64,000 nt of DNA from Anolis carolinensis (taxonomy: Eukaryota): positions 8,308,001-8,372,000 of the forward strand of contig NW_026943823.1 in the NCBI RefSeq assembly GCF_035594765.1. The letters run 5' to 3'. The notes under the pieces were generated by a model. The model had not been told where the DNA came from. It ran no database searches and was given only the letters and a program-made list of their open reading frames with translations. This document shows, in pieces, positions 26,314 to 37,465 of this stretch (its first letter is position 1; each line of letters starts with the position of its first letter). The position numbers and the translations under genes are program-made.

Positions 26314-29300
26314 TCACTCCAGGGCAGCCAGCTCTTTGAGAAGCTCCTCTTTCTCCTGCTGCAATTCCAGCATCCTCTGTTTGTTTTGCTCCAAACGGTC
26401 CTCCAGCCACTGCAGGAGTGGGCCACTGATGGCTGACATCTGGCTGCAGAGGTTCTTCGTGAACACTGGCAAGGAAGGCAGATGCAACCATTACTCGAGA
26501 TAAGCCCTCTCTATCTGCAGGTCGACGTGCCAGCAAAATTAGTCTTAGCAATTAACTTTTTCAGCTCCAAGAGTGATCATATCCAGGTCAATTTAGCACA
26601 GAGTAGTGATAAGAAGGGCAAGGAAGAAAATCCCCCATGGGTTGCTTTAGAGTGCCAGGGGACGATGCTATCAAACCATGAAATGTTTCACCAACCTCCA
26701 TAATCACAAATCAACACATCTGTACTACATAAGAGTTTTTCCAAATCTTGGTGTTTCTTCTGTAAGACCACCCAATCCTGGGAAAATGGCACAGAAAGGG
26801 CAATGACCCTTAATTTATCAACAAGTCATATAAAAATCCATACTTTTGGCCCCCAAAATCTGCCCTTGACTTATACATTAGTATATGCAGTACCACCTCT
26901 TCACAAAACCTGTTCACATATAAATAAACTCACTATACTTGCAAACTCTTGGTGTAGAAGAACAACCAGTTACTGATTATCAGGGCTCAAAAGCCTACTT
27001 ACTTTAAAAATGTGTAAACAACCAAAATAACATGTCAGTGCACTTGAATTGGAAACCCTTACCTGAGCCATTGTGTATCTTTGTTATTGAATCCAGATGA
27101 GTAAGGCTAAACATAGTGAGGGAAAAACAAAAAAAGAGACAAAGGAAACTATTAAGATGGCTAAGCGAAGAACACAGTTTATTCAATTTTATATTGTATC
27201 AGTTCTTCCCATTTTATTTGATGTTACACCCCCTTCCCTCCAATCACACTACTTTAATGTACAATAAGGATATTGTTGATAAAACAAAAACGCCCATCCA
27301 TTCCAGATGCTTCCATGCAGCTCTCACAAAGGCAACAAGATCTCTCCCATGGTTTATCCCTAGCACCTGGCATTCAGTAGCATACTGATTCTTATAAAGT
27401 AGATGTATTCTGGACATTTCAACTTTTTTTGGAATTGAGAAGGGGTAAGTCTAAAATCTAGGAATGGGACTCAAAAGCATTTGGAGTCTTGTTTGAAAGA
27501 AAAGCAGGATATAAAAAAATAAGAAGCCAGGGAGAGGTGGTGTCATAGGAATATTGCTTTCTGAGAAGTCCAGATGGCCTAATTTGCCCCTAGGGCCTAA
27601 GGTGTCCAATAATAAAATAATAAACTTTATTTATAGACCGCCCTATTTCGCCGAAGGGACTCAGGGCAGTTTCCAACATATGGCAACCATTACATGCCCA
27701 AAGAAAACCATACAGTTTACATCAAGACAAAGCACATTAGACAATAAAAACAACCTAACTGTAACTTAATAAACAAAATGACAACAAATAAAATAAAGAC
27801 TAAAAATGAAAAAAAAATATAGAAAACATCATAAAATAGAATAGCCCAACGTTGTTCTACTTTATGCAAAAAAGATAGAAGGGACCTTGAAAAGCCACCC
27901 ATAGTATACTGATCATCCCTGTGATTTGGGAAAGAAGAAACACTTGATTTACCTGTGAATTTTCCTATAAGCATCCTGCTCCTCTTGACACAAAATCTTA
28001 GGCAGTTCAACAGCTGACTCAAGACACACTTTCCCAATGGTGTTGTGAGGAACAACGTGAATTGGAATTTCAATCCTTTCGTATCTAGAAAACAGAAAAA
28101 TATCAGTGTAATTGTCCTATATGTGGACACTAGAGTTCTACAGAACAATGCTATTCGTGCTTACTTGGAGGCAAGTTCCACTTAAAAGGCAAGGCTTTGC
28201 TGAACTCTTCAACTTACTCTGAGCTCTTTTGGGCTTGAATGGACTGGAAAGAAGTGTACAGAATCCGGCCTGTCTGAAGAAATCAGCAGACACAAGTTCA
28301 TGAAAAACAAATTAGTCATGTTAACTTACCCATCCCCAAACACAACAGTTTATTTCAGTTTATTAACCCTAACCCTAACCCTAACCCTTAACCTGATTCA
28401 TATCCACTCTTTGAAGAGGTGGGAGACAGAAATAAAAAGGGAGATTAACCCCTTCCATACCTTTTGCAGCATCGCCACCCTGCTAATCATGATTCTATAT
28501 TATCCATCACCAGACTGCCAAGTATTATATATACTAACCACCATCAACTCCTAGGCATTCCAATATACCAACCACCATTAACTGCGGGACATGACATAAC
28601 CCTTCTAATGCCTGGATAAAGAACATAAGCATTTTGGATATTGCAATCCCCTCCACTGACTATGTTGGCCAGGGCTGGGGAAAAATTCAAGACAACAACA
28701 GGTGGAGGCCAACACATTCCCCGTTCCTGCTCTAAATACAAACAGAATGTTCATTCACACAAGGACAGATAAGTGAGATATTTGCTTTGAGACATGAGTG
28801 GATGCCATTTATCTGTATCCTGTTTACCTTTGTGTTTTTGTCCTCAATGAAACAGGAGAATATAAGCCCCACAAAGCCTTGGTCCATCATTTGATACATT
28901 GCTTGTGTACGGACATCTATGTACATAAAAAACAGGAAACACAAACCACAAAGTCAAGAGTTCCCAGGTCCCTCCTTGAAAAGTAACCATAGGGTCATCA
29001 TTCTTGAATACTCAAACCAGACACAGATGTCATTTTTATGCAGAAACAGCTAAACTTTGGAAAGAAACACAAAAGAGAGGACATCTGATAGATTATGTTA
29101 TAATGCAAGCTGCAATCAAGCTCAAAAGAATCCCTAAAGTCATTTTTGTTGAAATACAAACAAATACAATAAAAACCCCACATCAATGAAAAAAAGAACT
29201 AGTCCCATCCACCATTGTCCAGCTAAGGCACTGAATAATAATAAAAAAGATTTGTCCACTGGCACTTCACCCTCCTTTTTGGCTGCTTCACCCCTATGCC

Positions 29301-31132
29301 ATAGAGATGGCCTATTACGTAGATTAATAACCACCACCTTACAGGGGTTGCTCGGTACTGGCCATGCAGGAGAAGGCTGATAAGAGCTGTGGCTCAGCAA
29401 CATTGGGAGGGTCACACATGATCCATACCATCCTAGGCAATACAAGGGACAAACTTCAAAGAGAATTCTCTTACCTACATGAGATGGCCAGACTGTTATA
29501 TGTGGATGAGAATGATACCAGCCCACAACTCTCATAGGCCGCCCTGTTAATTCAGCCAATCTGTGTGCTAGTTAAGGTCTTGTTTTAAAAAATGTTAGAT
29601 ATGACTACACCCTAAGCTTAGCTGACTCATGTAATATCAGACTAGTTACAAATGTAAATCACTTCTAAAAAGTATACGAGACAAAAAAAAGTATTCTTAA
29701 TTTTTTAAAAAACCACTGTTTTTCATAGATACCCCATAATTTCCATCAAAGGATATCTCTGCTTCCGTTGAAGCAGCCGAGAGCTGCTCAGGAGAAATCT
29801 CCACGCGGTCCTTTCTTTTATCCGACCTCCGGAGAATGATCACAGAATGAATGTGGACAATTCGGCTAGTGTCGACCTGGAGATAAATCCAGAAAACAAC
29901 CCTTATTGATAGCTCCTTGTATTTATGCCCCAGTTCAAGGCACATATTGTGGGTTATTCTGCCTTGATATTCTGGGTTATATAGCTGTGTGGAAAGACCC
30001 CCAGTTCAGAGCAGAATGTGGGATTTTATATGGGGACGAGAGACAGGGCCTTTTCAGTGGCGGGGACGAGAGACAGGGCCTTCACGGTGGCGGGGACGAG
30101 AGACAGGGCCTTCACGGTGGCGGGGACGAGAGACAGGGCCTTCACAGTGGCGGGGACGAGAGACAGGGCCTTCACGGTGGCGGGGACGAGAGACAGGGCC
30201 TTCACGGTGGCGGGGACGAGACAGGGCCTTCACGGTGGCGGGGACGAGAGACAGGGCCTTCACGGTGGCGGGGACGAGAGACAGGGCCTTCACGGTGGTG
30301 GGGACGAGAGACAGGGCCTTCTCAGTGGTGGGGACGAGAGACAGGGCCTTCACGGTGGCGGGGACGAGAGACAGGGCCTTCACGGTGGCGGGGACGAGAG
30401 ACAGGGCCTTCTCAGTGGTGGGGACGAGACAGGGCCTTCTCAGTGGAGGCTCCTCGGCTGTGGAACTCCCTCCCCAGTGATATCCGGCAGGTTCCATCCC
30501 TTCTGAGTTTTAGGAAAAAAGTGAAGACTTGGCTTTGTGAGCAAGCATTTGATGAGTGAATTCTGTTGGCTTTGACTCGGGCCGGATCATGGTTCATGTA
30601 CAAGGTTTTGCGGACGAATGGTTCAAGTATTTTATACTCTATTGTTTTAAATGCATTTATTGTATTTTGTTAAATTATCCAATTGTTTTAATTGCTTATG
30701 TTTTATCTTTTTGTATTGTATATTGGCATTGAATTTTTGCCAGACTGTGAGCCGCCCTGAGTCCCTTCGGGTGAGAAGGGCGGGATAGAAATGAGGGAGA
30801 TATATAAATAATAATAAATTATATAGCTGTATGGAAGGGCCCTCAGGACCCTGAATATCAAGGCAGAAAATCCCACAATATCTGGTTTGAACTGGGTTAT
30901 CTGAGTCCACACTGCCATATATTCCAGTTCAAAGCAGAAAATGTGGGATTTTATTCAGCTGTGTGGAAGGGGCCCAAGAGACGGGAGGAAGGGCAGCAAG
31001 GCCTGGGCCTGCGCGCGGACGCCTCACCTCCCCGATGCAGAGGCCCATGACCTCCTCCTTCTCGGTGCTCAGCGCGTGGTTCAGGCAGACCAGGAAGGCG
31101 TCGGCCTCCAGGTGGGCCGCCTGCACCGCCAT
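26314..31132 (-). CDS. BRCC3: Lys-63-specific deubiquitinase BRCC36 (JAMM/MPN+), complete, 8 coding exons, 261 aa
   Basis: Exons 31132-31028, 29876-29757, 29562-29475, 28916-28828, 28273-28218, 28084-27953, 27106-27063, 26465-26314 sum to 786 nt in frame. MAVQAAHLEADAFLVCLNHALSTEKEEVMGLCIGE...VVGWYHSHPHITVWPSHVD (JAMM motif)...ELLKELAALE*. Candidate AATAAA on minus at 25872-25877. Confidence 0.97.
28364..28393 (-). repeat. Short interstitial telomeric repeat, (GGGTTA)4 on minus
   Basis: TAACCC x4 on plus, inside BRCC3 intron 4. Confidence 0.8.
29563..29756 (-). other. U12-type (minor spliceosome) AT-AC intron of BRCC3
   Basis: 5' end ATATCCTTT, branch site ACCTTAAC 8 nt before the 3' end, terminal AC. 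Only the AC acceptor keeps the ...EAE/RLAEL frame. Confidence 0.92.
30032..30445 (+). repeat. 30-bp minisatellite (~14 copies) derived from L2 ORF2 sequence
   Basis: Unit GGGGACGAGAGACAGGGCCTTCACGGTGGC; the last copy continues into RAFSVEAPRLWNSLP of the L2. Confidence 0.9.
30032..30818 (+). mobile_element. 5'-truncated L2 LINE inserted into a MITE-like element in BRCC3 intron 1
   Basis: ORF2 C-terminus RAFSVEAPRLWNSLPSDIRQVPSLLSFRKKVKTWL, then a 3' UTR and the GCCGCCCTGAGTCCCTTCGGGTGAGAAGGGCGGG tail; candidate TSD TTATAT at 30026-30031 and 30819-30824. Confidence 0.85.
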
Positions 31133-31720
31133 CCCGACCTTCTCCCAGGCCGGAGAACCAGCAGCCAATCCCCGAGACCCCTCTCCTTCCGCGTCTCCCG
31201 GACAACGCCGACTTCCGGTTCCGGTCCCCAAACATCCCTTAACCGGAAGCGCCCGGCCAGCTCCCGCAAGACGCGCTGTATCGGTTCCGCTGCTAACGCC
31301 GTGCCAGGTCGGTTCTGCTGTTGGGAGAACGGGGACAGTGTGTCATTATTATTGCTGCCATTACTGGGGGAAGCTGGAAAACGAATAGGAAAAGGGGAGG
31401 GCTCAATAAATAGGGGTGTGTGGACCTACTCGAGCGAAGGCTTGGCCCTCTCCGTGCAGGCCTCTCGCCTGTTGCCATGGGAACTCCTCAGCGGGGCGCA
31501 TTCCCCCTTAAAGGAAGCCGGCCTGGTTTGTTGTTTTTGTTGTTATTGTTGTTGTTCTGTGTCCCCTCGAGTTCCAACCCTTCTCCGAATTGGCCCAGAA
31601 GGGTTTGCCTTGGCCTTCCTTCTGAGGCTGAGAGAGTGTGCCTCGCCCAAGGTCACGAAGGGCCCTTCCACGCAGCCACATTACCCAGAATATCAAGGAA
31701 GAACATCCAACAATATCTGC
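30980..31720. promoter_or_regulatory. CpG-island bidirectional promoter for BRCC3 and MTCP1/CMC4
   Basis: GC/CpG-rich. ETS/GABP-type CCGGAAG sites in opposite orientations at 31211-31218 and 31243-31249. Candidate plus-strand donor CAG|GTCGGT at 31307/31308 for a non-coding first exon. Confidence 0.75.
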
Positions 31721-31862
31721 TTGGAACTGGGTTATCCGAGGCCCTTTTCACACTCCTGAATAAATTCCCACATCTGCTTTGAACTGGAATATATGGCAGT
31801 GTGGACTCAGATAACCCAGGGCCCATAACCCAGATAATTCAGACTGGGGGTCAGCCTGTTGT

Positions 31863-32833
31863 AACTCAAAGCACAGATGTCTATAATCTACAGTGAAACG
31901 TAAAAAGGAAAGTATGGTATATAATGTGAGGATACTACGTTGGTAATGTAATATTATCTTCTATATAAACAACTTTTAGTGGCACTTGTTATACAAGCTG
32001 CAAAAGAAGGGGATTATGGTGTCATATTAACAACAATCTAAACTGGATAGTGGTAGATCATAGCCCTCTGGAAACTCTTATGTTTACTAATAGTATATAT
32101 TGCAATGAATACTTTACTTTAGGTATCCACTACTTATATTCTCTTTCACTACATTAGTATAGTTCTTAACATAAAGGAATACACTTAGCAACACTTACAA
32201 AGGTATTATGGAAAAACTATTCCTATTTATAGTTTAAGTGTCAGTTATGTCAAATAGAAATCAAAACCAGATAAAGTCTTATTGTTGACTTAATAACAAT
32301 CAAAATTGCTGTCGCAGCGTTGAATCAAGGTAAATAAACAGTTCTTAACATGCATATGTACATAAAGGCAACCCTTCACATAGGCCTTAACATAAAACTG
32401 TTGTAGTCTCTAGATTGATTACAATCTTGTCCAATCAAATAAATGAAAAACAAGCAGAATCTACTGCCCTCTTGATAGTGTTCTCAAGTGTTGCTGGAGC
32501 ATAGAAAAAGACAGTTCAGTAATTAATATATCATCTTTATAAGTTCTTCTCAGAGTAGCTCTTGGATACCAGACATATCACGATGTCTTAAGGGTTAAAT
32601 AAATAGATTGTTGTTTCTAGATGTTGATACCAATCCGTTGTAGGGTATCTGGGATGGCCAAGTGATCTGTGGTGCCGGGGATGGTTACGACTGGTTTCCC
32701 GGGTATAGGCCAGTTTCGTTGCTTCTTCAGGTAAACCAGATTTCCCACTGTTTGTTTGGGCTAAAGAGTGGTGTGGCTCTGCCTTCTTGATTCTTCTATA
32801 CATATAAAAATAAAGAGAGAAACTATCTAATAT
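31863..32833 (-). mobile_element. Non-coding insert with a hammerhead ribozyme motif (Penelope-like or retrozyme-like), flanked by a ~112-bp direct repeat
   Basis: Direct repeats at 31750-31862 and 32834-32944; hammerhead motif at 32682-32738; no recognisable ORF. Confidence 0.65.
32682..32738 (-). ncRNA. Type I hammerhead ribozyme motif
   Basis: UGGUUUAC-CUGAAGA-agcaac-GAAA-CUGG(15-nt loop)CCAG-UC-GUAACCA: full catalytic core, 5-bp stem III, 7-bp stem I with one bulge, minimal stem II, GUC cleavage triplet. Confidence 0.75.
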
Positions 32834-35575
32834 ACACTCCTGAATAAATTCCCACATCTGCTTTGAACTGGAATATATGAGTGTGGACTCAGATAACCCA
32901 GGGCCCATAACCCAGATAATTCAGACTGGGGGTCAGCCTGTTGTGGCAGATTCAAAATCACATCATTTATTCATGGCACTGAAAAGAGTCAGGCTCTTTC
33001 TTGCACTTTCCCAGCAGCACTTATCTGGTTGGCCTAGGCAGGATTGATTCAGAAGTGAAAGTTTTCTCAGCAAAGTTGCCCCACCCTTCCAAACTGCGCC
33101 TCAAATGTCCCAAGAGGCCTTCAATTCACACATTCAGAAATACAGCATTCAACCGGCATCACTGCACTATTTCCCCATGAATCCTATTAAGGTCATTCAC
33201 TCTAACATAACCAATTACAAAAAAATATATAGTGGTTTAAGAGTTTGATAAATTTCGTGTTCATGCAAAACACTGAAATTGTGGAAAGAGGACAGTCAGC
33301 TTAGTAACTATGGATTCCAAGGGTGTCTGAATTGCCTTTCAATTTCTTAAAAATGGGGGAAGGAACAGCATTGTGTGTGCCGATTTCATGATCTGAGTCC
33401 TACTTCCTGCTTGGAAACAGGTTGCATGGAACTTATATAGCACTGACTCACAGTTTCTCAAGTCTGCGCCCTCCTCAGCATATGGCATGCTTAGCAAAAG
33501 GGCTTGAATGAATTCTTTTGGCTCGAGAATTGGCCTTTTTCAGTCTGATTGCAGGTGCAAAGAGCGCTTTTCTCTTGGGAGTTGACACTTGAGTCCCCTC
33601 CATTTTTACTAGATTTATATTCTCAATGTATTTACGTGTTAAGCCGACTTTCCCTTTATAAAAGTTCAGAATCTTGTTGCTGTTTAACTGCTTGTTACCA
33701 AAAGAAAGAGAATGTTGGTTTTTTTCTGTCCACTGGGAAAACATACATTTTTTCTCCCTAAAATCTTTATATCAGATTTCTTGTTTCTTTCCTTACATTA
33801 CTAAAGTATGATTTTCCTGATCTGCATTTTGCTATTGTTCATCCTTTATCCAGTTTGGGACTGAGAACGCCATAAGAAGTTTCATCTGTAGGATGATATT
33901 CTTGTACATATTTCATTTGTGTTTCACTTTGTATAATCAATGGGATAATAAAATAATTGTCCGTGTGCACGAAGATCACCACGTCACCAATGACTGGGAA
34001 GAAGCATCTTCTTTCTTTGAAATACCGTTTGTGATTCTAGACCAGAAAACACTGCCTAACCATTTAGTTAGAGCAGGGAAAGGAAGGGCAGGAGAATATC
34101 CTGCTCATTTGGAAGGAAGTGAGATAGCAAATTTCCCTCCTCCTTCTCATTGTTTTGAATTCTTTCTCTCTTAATTATTGCCAGCAAAGGTAGTTACTAT
34201 GACTGACCGGTTATTTTGAATCACAGCTCTCATCGGTCCTCACTATTGGGCATGTTTACTAAGGCTGGTGGGTATCTGGAGGACCACAACTGAGCATATA
34301 GTATTTTAAGAACAGCAGAAGAAAGAAGTAAAGCAGAGGTATGATTGGTGCAGTTCCTCTGACTTCAAGATTTTCTGCCAGAATGAGACCAGCCCAGATC
34401 CTCCCTTCTCTGATGCCCCACGGAAGCAGAGAGTAGAGAGATGAAGAAAAAACATCAGAGAAAGGAAAGAAGAGACAGGAAGACAAGCTGCTGAAAGGAC
34501 TCAGTACCAATTAAGTTGTCAACTAAGGTATCTCCTGGACAGATTCAGTCAGTCACACAGCATGAATCCTCAAATACTTTGCAGATGACATAAAGGTCTC
34601 ACTGAACAAAGTCAGATTACAAGTCATGGCTCTGTAGCACTACTTCTTTCTGAAGATGAAATGTGCCCTTTAGGTGAGGTGTAACTCATTTTGAATTCCT
34701 TCTACGGTTACAGTGTGGAAGGCATATATTTCCTAAATTTCTCCCCTACTAACCCCTTTCCTCATTTTTTAAACGTTTCATTAAAAAACAAGTTTTTATG
34801 CCTCAGTTAACAAAGCAGATATATCCTTGGGCATTTTTAAATAGTTAGATTGGTCTGTTCCTGTACACCAAAACCAAAGAGGAAAAAAGGAAGAATAACA
34901 ATAATATCCAGCAAACTTTTTTTACTCAGAGCTAACAATATGGGTATATAGAAACCAAATCAGGCTAGCCTTGCATGAGAGATTGAAACATTTTGAACTT
35001 TCTAGAGCCCATTTGAAGGCTTCTTCCAAATATGATTTTCACTCACTTTCTTCCACTTTTCTCATTATTTCCATTTTGGTGGTTAAACCTATAGATCTTT
35101 TTAATGTATCAGGGCTAGCTGGTGAGGCAGGCCCTTTTTGCTTTGCTGATTTCACATAAACAGTAAGGGATTCTGGAAACAGCTGCCATTTATCTGGCTG
35201 TTGGAGGCAGGAAAATGTAACTCCAATAGGATTGGCTGCAGTAGAATCCCACACTTCCCCACATCAAATTTTATTGCAATGCTTACTCTTCGGACATTGC
35301 AATCAGATTCTCTGGTCCTCCTTCATCATCCTCCCAGTGCTGATGTTGCTAAAAACCTAAAGCGGGAAATGTACTCAGGCAAAAGGAGCTGGTGGGCTGC
35401 AAAAAGAACGTTCTGGTTGAGAGGCTGTGTTAACTGAGGTATATGCTTGTACAACAGAACCACATGCTAGGTGGGTAGAGAACTAACAGTTCATTCCGTG
35501 TCTTTATTCCAAGGCCAAGGGGACCATGTGTAGAAGGGGAATGGAGGGAGGGCCTTCCTAGCAACGTAATTGGGA

Positions 35576-36123
35576 ATGGCAGAAGGAGAGGAAGACGGTG
35601 ATGCCCTGTCCCCACCTGTCCGCCTTTGGGTGCGACGGACGGGTGTCTATTGTGATGAGAACCAGAAGACATGGCTAGTGACACCCGAAGAGGCAAGTAA
35701 GAATACTCCCTGCACTTTTTTGTTTGGATGACTTTGATGTTTGGCTTGAACTGTTTAAGCAACTGCTCACATTTTCTGCCCTTTCTTCGTTGTTTTATGC
35801 TTCTCCTCCAGGAAGCAGGCACCCTCCAAGCTCGGATAAGAAGGGTCCAGGTCCCTCTGGGCGAGGCGATGCGCCCCAGCCGCCTCCCTGCATCCCAGCT
35901 GCCCCACATGTGGCAGCTCTCAGAGGGACAGCAGTATCGGGATAGTAACTCCCGCAACTGGGGCATCGAACACCATTTAATGGTAGGTAGAACCCCAAAC
36001 ATGCTTAGCTGTGAGTTTTTGAAAAGCTGGCACTGATGACTGAGTTGATCTGAAAGCTCTTTTTGTCTCTTGCAGATCACTGGAGTGGAGGAGCTACTCC
36101 TGAAACTCCTGTCAAGTGATTAA
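35576..36123 (+). CDS. MTCP1: p13 MTCP1 (TCL1/MTCP1 family), 3 coding exons, 111 aa
   Basis: Exons 35576-35692, 35812-35982, 36076-36123 give MAEGEEDGDALSPPVRLWVRRTGVYCDENQKTWLVTPEE/EAGTLQARIRRVQVPLGEAMRPSRLPASQLPHMWQLSEGQQYRDSNSRNWGIEHHLM/ITGVEELLLKLLSSD*. This is colinear with human p13 MTCP1 (QVPLGDAARPSHL..SQLPLMWQL...QELLLKLL). The first donor is GC. Confidence 0.93.
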
Positions 36124-37465
36124 ATTTAGTAAGTATTGCTTTCTCTTCCCTCCCCCAACGGCTTCTTCCTCAGTTTTTTCCATTCCACTCGCAGTAGTTC
36201 TTTAATGATGGTTTTTTGTCTTTCAGGAGCTGTGCCTCTAGGATGCTGTCCCTGTTTGTTTTTTATGTGGTCACTCCCAACACTGCAATGCCGCTGCCTC
36301 TGTGGCAGAGTGTGCCCAGCAGCTCTCTTAACAGCCCACAACAGTGCCACCTGAGACCTTAGGACAGACTGTGGAGAAGTGTTCCCATGGCCCAGTTGAA
36401 ATAACAGGGGGAGTTTTAGGTACGCAGCATGGGATCCTCATGCTTCAGTTGGAAAAAGATCAGAGCACCAAGATTATCACATGTTAAGGGTCAACAAGAG
36501 GTAGCAGCTACACCAGTGCTGTTCTGCAGAGGTCTGCAGAAGAATTTGGATGGTCATTGCTTGAGATGCAATGCTGGATGAGATCAACTCTTAGTGTTAT
36601 TTAGTAATACACTTCATAAGTTTTTTCCCAATTAACACTATTCTGTTCTCTATGGCTGCTGTAAATTTGGTTCGTGTATTAGTTGTCTGTTCTAGCGTGA
36701 CCAGAAGTTACTTCACCCTTTTCTTGTTACACAGGGCGCTGGCATCCAGGGGAGAACCCTGTCTCCAACATTCAACCTTTGCTCTTTTTTATGATCTCTG
36801 TTTAAAACACTTTTGTCTCAATAAAGTTCACCACCAGTTGCTGTCCCTTGATAGATACAATCCTCCTTAAGCATGTTAGCATTTGGATTGAAGAGAGGTG
36901 CTTTTCAGTAGAGAGTAGCATCAGGGACGTGCTCCTCTTCATATCATTTCAAAAACCGGCATTTTGCAAGGCTGTGTGGGTTAGGGGAAAGAACTCTGGA
37001 ATTGCAAGAGTGAAAAGTACCGATCTGATCAAGAAAGAAAACCTTCAGACTTTCAAATATTTCTCGGTCTTCTTTGTTCAACAAACTTTGTGGGAGGCAG
37101 GAGGTGCTTGTGTTGTATAGGTTCACCTGGGTGGATAAGGAGAACTCGCTCTGATGATGGCAGTGGGTGGAGTGAGGTCTCAAGAGTGGAGTCTTGTTTC
37201 TGGGCAGTAAAAGATATGAAGAGAGCCTTAATCTTGCTTTCCCAAGTTCTTTTGGAGTTCATACAGGCTTTATTTAGACCAAGAGTGAAAAACCTTTGGC
37301 CTAAAAATTCCATTAGCTCCATGCAGCATGGGAATTGTAGTTCAAAACATCTGGAGAGAAAAAGCTCTTCTCACACCGACTTACATTGTGTTTTGCTAAT
37401 TTCCTAGTCAGTTCTTACACTTCTTACTAATATAATGCTTTCCTCTTCTTTTAGCTCCCCCGGCC

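Noticed and set aside
29906-30559. Overlapping repeat ORFs (GDERQGLH, GTRDRAFTVA)
   Set aside because: 30-bp VNTR derived from L2, open in several frames.
30941-31782. 272-aa and 120-aa plus-strand ORFs over the BRCC3 promoter
   Set aside because: CpG-island artefacts starting or ending in MITE sequence.
35430-36080. 216-aa minus-strand ORF
   Set aside because: Antisense shadow of the MTCP1 exons; no recognisable homology.
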